DNA from: Candidatus Methanoperedenaceae archaeon | GTDB lineage: Archaea; Halobacteriota; Methanosarcinia; Methanosarcinales; Methanoperedenaceae | DNA length: 64,000 nucleotides | Reading direction: 5' to 3' | Assembly: GCA_963753595.1 (NCBI GenBank) | Contig: CAVWCX010000036.1 | Coordinates: 96,001-160,000, forward strand | Part shown: positions 59,912 through 64,000 of the stretch, piece by piece | Layout: each line of letters starts with the position of its first letter | Position numbering within the stretch: the stretch's first letter is position 1 | Notes under the pieces: model-generated | Databases searched by the model: none | Seen by the model: only the letters and a program-made list of their open reading frames with translations | Told to the model about the DNA's origin: nothing | Translations under genes and position numbers: made by a program

Positions 59912-60095
59912 GGCAAATAACAACGGAATTTACGGCAGGTTTTCGAACTCTACGGAAGCCTTCAGCTTCCTTGTCCCGTTGCACTCTCACTCCGCTTTGC
60001 TTCGTTCGGGGCACATAACAGACGGTCATGCGCTTCCGGACCTTGCTGGTCCTTCGCCGAAATTGTTCGCTTCGCTCACAACTCCCATCAGCCGC
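59912..60095 (+). other. Tandem degenerate attC-like sites
   Basis: GGCAAATAAC (59912) and GCACATAAC (60011) left ends; TTCGCTTCGCTC-type internal motifs. Confidence 0.5.
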
Positions 60096-60251
60096 TTTGA
60101 ATGATTACATCTAATGGGAACAGATAGATTCGTCAACGTCTCAGCAATAGAATTGCGGAGCATGGAGGTTTTGTGTAAGAAGAAGAAAAAACTCCAGACT
60201 TTATACATAGACCTCCGACTTTATACACAGGAGGAACTATTTACACAAAGC

Positions 60252-60973
60252 CTATATGTCAGGAAAAATACGACTATAAGCAATCTCGATACTCGCTCTA
60301 ATTTTCATCAAGGAAGTTTCTGTTTTAAAAGGATTCTGCTGGTCTGCCAACAGACTCCAAAAAGAATTTTCATGATTCCAGCTGCTTTTTAGGTCTTTGT
60401 TTTCATCTACGATTAAAACAAATATATCCAAGTGGAAGATGACACGCATCTCGTAAAACTGAGATTAATCTAAAAGCCGGTTTTATGAATTCATTTATTT
60501 TTGTTTCACCAATGTCGCTGTCAAATATATGAACCAACGTAGCAATATCTAAACCCCACTTTAAATATTCAACTAATTGTCCGATCCACGTATGATATTT
60601 TGTATTATTTAAGTTCGAAGCATAAAAATATTTCGCTTCAACTCCCGCAAAGATTCTCGTGGGGGATTCTTCACAAAAAGGGGGGAGGCATGCCTGATTA
60701 AGATATCCCACGTAAGGAAATATAATCGACTTCAAAGGCTTTGACATAGTTCCTAATTTCAGTCTCATTCAACCCTATAGGGTCTAAGTAACTTTTACAA
60801 TATGGGATAATCTGTTTACATAGACCCACGTGTTTCAACCATTTGCCATTTAACGAGGGTTCCAATCCCACGTTTAAAAAACCCGATTTAGCTAACCACT
60901 CAACTGCCTCTAGCTCGCCATTTGGAAAAACTTTTTTCCCTTCAATATTATCTGATAGATTTTTCATAGACAT
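60252..60973 (-). pseudogene. Frameshifted gene, possibly a PD-(D/E)xK nuclease
   Basis: Three overlapping ORF pieces; EVDYI...GVEAKYF...IGQLVEY. Confidence 0.45.
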
Positions 60974-61631
60974 CGTATCTACTTTTTAGTAGCTAGCTTA
61001 TATAGTTTCTCCGCGCAGAAATGCCCCGATTTAGAAATTAGAGCATTTTAAGAGCTCCTATAAATTTCAGTATTAGCAGAAACAAGTACAATTTTATTAT
61101 ATTTTATATTTTTGTCATGATCGCATTTTCTGCACCTTCCATGTTCTTCATCCCATAGTGCCTTCTCATGTTGCCGCTCGTGCGCTATGCGAAGGTTCGC
61201 ACGGGTTGCCAGCAAGTGCAGGGAGCTAGGAGACGAAGGCGAGGTATTACAATAGGTGAGGTATGAGGAAGCCCAAGAATCTTTTGCAAAACATCATCCT
61301 GCCTTTTTAGAAATGTGGTAAAGGAGCATATTCATAGTTCCATGAACCTCCAATTTTAGAAGTCTTATTTGTACAAAAACTCAATGTGTTTCTTTTAAGA
61401 GTGCATACATCTGGCATACAAAATTGAATTCTATTATGGTCCAAAGTTTAAACATCGTGGGAGGATATCAAAATCATAAGTTTTTCATCTTTCTTGATAA
61501 CCCCAATATATCATTAATGATAAAAGATCGAAAAATTCTCCAATTTCATAAGATGCAGAACCTGTTTTATTGGATCATGAAAGCAGTTTACCCATTAAAA
61601 TATAATCAAATAATTGCAATTCTCACTTTTG

Positions 61632-62441
61632 TCACATGGGTTCAAGTTTTTCTTTTTTCAATTTTTCCCATAAACCTGCAAACCACGTCTGAAAATAGCT
61701 TATCAAAGCTGGATCATCGATATAAAAAGCTTTGTATGTTTCAAGAGAACCAGTTGGTAGAGAGGGGTGCAGCCATACTCTTAATGACTTCCCAGCTTTT
61801 GATATTACAACAGTAAATGGAATCAAAGATCTCTCACTACCGCCCCACGATGCTATCCTAAAAAGGTTTTCACAGTCAATATTTATTCCGTCCTCTTTTA
61901 ATTCATTCTCCTTCTTTTTTTTATACATCTCAAAGTGTCGTGCATCTACACCGCTAACGATAAAACGACGAGTACATCCTTTTTTAATTGACTCTTTTAT
62001 TGCTTCATCGAATGTTTCAATATCTCTCAAAGGATTAAAAGCGTGAATAACCTGACTCTCATTGATAAGTTTAGACACATCTTCAAAAGTAATAATTCCT
62101 TTATCGCGGTAAATATGGTTGTCGAGTTTACGTAATGAATCTTCAAATTTATTGTCGAGTTTATATAATGAATCTTCAAATTTATTAATTGATGTTTCAA
62201 ATCTATTCCCAGATGCGTCAAATCTATTAATTGATGTATCAATTTCTCGGACATTGTTTTTAAGTATATCGATATTCAAAAAATATGTAAATAAATGCGA
62301 AAATACAATAACCATTGTTAAAAAAATTAATACAACAATTGTTTGAAACCTTGTTAATTCAACAATATATGCTGCTGCAATTGCTCCTACAATTAGCAGA
62401 GCATTTGCAAGAATGTCTTTCACTATATTTATAATAACCAC
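61632..62441 (-). CDS. Two-TM coiled-coil membrane protein with globular C-terminal domain
   Basis: N-terminal TM helices and NKFEDSL repeats. Confidence 0.7.
   Translation of the reverse strand: MVIINIVKDILANALLIVGAIAAAYIVELTRFQTIVVLIFLTMVIVFSHLFTYFLNIDILKNNVREIDTSINRFDASGNRFETSINKFEDSLYKLDNKFEDSLRKLDNHIYRDKGIITFEDVSKLINESQVIHAFNPLRDIETFDEAIKESIKKGCTRRFIVSGVDARHFEMYKKKKENELKEDGINIDCENLFRIASWGGSERSLIPFTVVISKAGKSLRVWLHPSLPTGSLETYKAFYIDDPALISYFQTWFAGLWEKLKKEKLEPM
62119..62184. repeat. 33-bp tandem duplication within the CDS (11-aa coiled-coil unit)
   Basis: ttgtcgagttta(cg/ta)taatgaatcttcaaattta x2. Confidence 0.8.
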
Positions 62442-62626
62442 CTTTGATTAAATTAATATATGGAATATTCTCTATTGACTAAGACTAAATAAACATATCT
62501 CAAAATTGTTTTGAATAAAAATCGATATCTTATAAATTAAATTATTTCAAAATCTCCATAGCATCAAACTGGTGGTCTCAAATAATAAGATAAAGCTAAA
62601 TAATAAAAAGTGATTATCAAAATAAA

Positions 62627-63613
62627 ATGAAATCATTTTCGGAGTTAAAAGATTGTTCATTTGGTATTAAGCCAAAAGAAATTAAAGCTTTAGTGAAGAT
62701 AGAAGGGGCAATTTTAAATTCAGCTCGAAATTATCTCTTTGAAGATGGTTTTACTGAAGTAATTGTTCCACATATAACTAAAGCAACTGGAGCATGCGAA
62801 AATCCTAACACTTTATTTGAAGTGATTTATTTTAATGAGAAATTAAAACCATATCTTTCTCAAACTGGGCAATTATATTTAGAAATCGTTGTACCATTTT
62901 TGGAAAAAGTATGGTGTTATGGACCAAGTTTTCGGAAAGAAAATAAGGTTGATTATAGGCACTTAACTGAATTTACTTTATTGGAAATTGAGTTTTGTGG
63001 TAATTTTAACCAGTTGCTTTCTAAAATAGAGGGATTGATAAAAGCAATGATAGAAGGGGCAATTCTTCAAAGAGAATATCTTGAAATATTAGGAGTTGAT
63101 TATCAAAGGCTTAAGAATATTAAAACACCCTTTAGGAGAATAACGTATGATGAAGCCATTGGCATACTAAATCTAGATTGGGGAGAAGATTTAAATAGTA
63201 CAAATGAAAAATTTTTGATTGAAAAGTTCGGGAATAGCCCCCTTTTTATCACATATTTTCCAGAACATATAAAATTTTTTAATATGAAAAGAAACTCGGA
63301 TAATCCAAAAGTAGTTAATAGTGCTGATTTATTGCTTCCTTTTAGTGGAGAAGCCGTTGGGGCAGCTGAGAGAGAGATCCTATATGAAATAGTTGAAGAA
63401 AAACTCCAAAAATCATCAATGTTTAAACAATTGTTAGATGTGGGACGAAATATTAATGATTTTGATTGGTACTTAAATTCCATAAAAGAAAATAAGAACT
63501 GTCCTCATGCAGGTTGTGGAATTGGTGTGGAAAGAGTATTGCAGTTTATATTAGCAAGGAGTGACATAAGGCAATCAACACTTTTTCCTTTAAATAAGAT
63601 TAATCTATTTTAG
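62627..63613 (+). CDS. Class II aaRS catalytic-domain-only paralogue (AsnRS/AspRS-like; archaeal asparagine synthetase A type)
   Basis: YLSQTGQLYLE, GPSFRKE...RHLTEF, GAAERE and PHAGCGIGVER; no anticodon-binding domain. Confidence 0.85.
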   Translation: MKSFSELKDCSFGIKPKEIKALVKIEGAILNSARNYLFEDGFTEVIVPHITKATGACENPNTLFEVIYFNEKLKPYLSQTGQLYLEIVVPFLEKVWCYGPSFRKENKVDYRHLTEFTLLEIEFCGNFNQLLSKIEGLIKAMIEGAILQREYLEILGVDYQRLKNIKTPFRRITYDEAIGILNLDWGEDLNSTNEKFLIEKFGNSPLFITYFPEHIKFFNMKRNSDNPKVVNSADLLLPFSGEAVGAAEREILYEIVEEKLQKSSMFKQLLDVGRNINDFDWYLNSIKENKNCPHAGCGIGVERVLQFILARSDIRQSTLFPLNKINLF

Positions 63614-63672
63614 ATAAATATAGTGGAATGTTCTTATGAGTTTGAATTAAACCAATTTAATCAGCTATTTTT

Positions 63673-63999
63673 CTATTTTATTTTATAAATTTGTTGATCT
63701 TTTAATAGCTTCTCCATTTCTTCGATTAATTTTTCAACATATTTATTATTAGCAGTTATAATCGCTTTCATGGGCCCATGAGTAACATCATAGTTTTCAT
63801 ACATTTTCAATGTTTTTCCAATGTTATCAAGTTTTGGTGTATTAGTTCCCATAGCTTCCGGCGCTGGGATGGGTATTATTGCATATTTATGCTTTTTAGA
63901 AAGTGTAAATCCAAATATTAATTCAGACAATTTTTCATATTTAATTAAACTACTTGCCGGAATGCTAAAAAATGTATTTGATTTATGCAATTTCTTCAA
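63673..63999 (-). CDS. Hypothetical protein, 5' end outside the window
   Basis: Open frame runs to the window edge. Confidence 0.5.
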   Translation of the reverse strand: MKKLHKSNTFFSIPASSLIKYEKLSELIFGFTLSKKHKYAIIPIPAPEAMGTNTPKLDNIGKTLKMYENYDVTHGPMKAIITANNKYVEKLIEEMEKLLKDQQIYKIK

Positions 64000-64000
64000 A

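Noticed and set aside
1-64000. Borg-type element
   Set aside because: Lacks the pervasive perfect tandem repeats typical of Borgs and has a clear head-tail virus module.

Overview
Archaeal mobile-element DNA. The TBP, PCNA, RPA, ERCC4 and KaiC/RAD55-type proteins look euryarchaeal and Methanosarcinales-like, possibly Methanoperedens (inference only). About 0.1-31.4 kb is a minus-strand head-tail virus morphogenesis region: DUF1073-type portal, DUF2213 protease/scaffold, decoration protein, HK97/encapsulin-like capsid, gp36-like adaptor, Dit, tail tube, chaperone, a 2257-aa protein in the tape-measure slot, hub and fibre/receptor-binding proteins. It is interrupted by three AT-rich inserts, including a membrane-anchored Mre11/Rad50-like (YhaO/YhaN) cassette. 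About 31.4-54.3 kb holds replication, maintenance and early genes: tandem RHH regulator, PCNA, ERCC4, ParA, two TBP paralogues, KaiC-like ATPase, a GTGATATCAC repeat field, two RPA subunits and RadC. Several early genes share promoter/stem-loop leaders. About 54.3-60.1 kb looks like a decayed integron-like cassette array: two tyrosine-integrase remnants missed by the ORF track, plus complementary GTTATATG.../...ATAAC core sites flanking a phosphoesterase, a VapBC pair and SIR2-HerA. No terminase, intact integrase, tRNA, rRNA or CRISPR array was seen. All family assignments come from reading motifs by eye, not from database searches.
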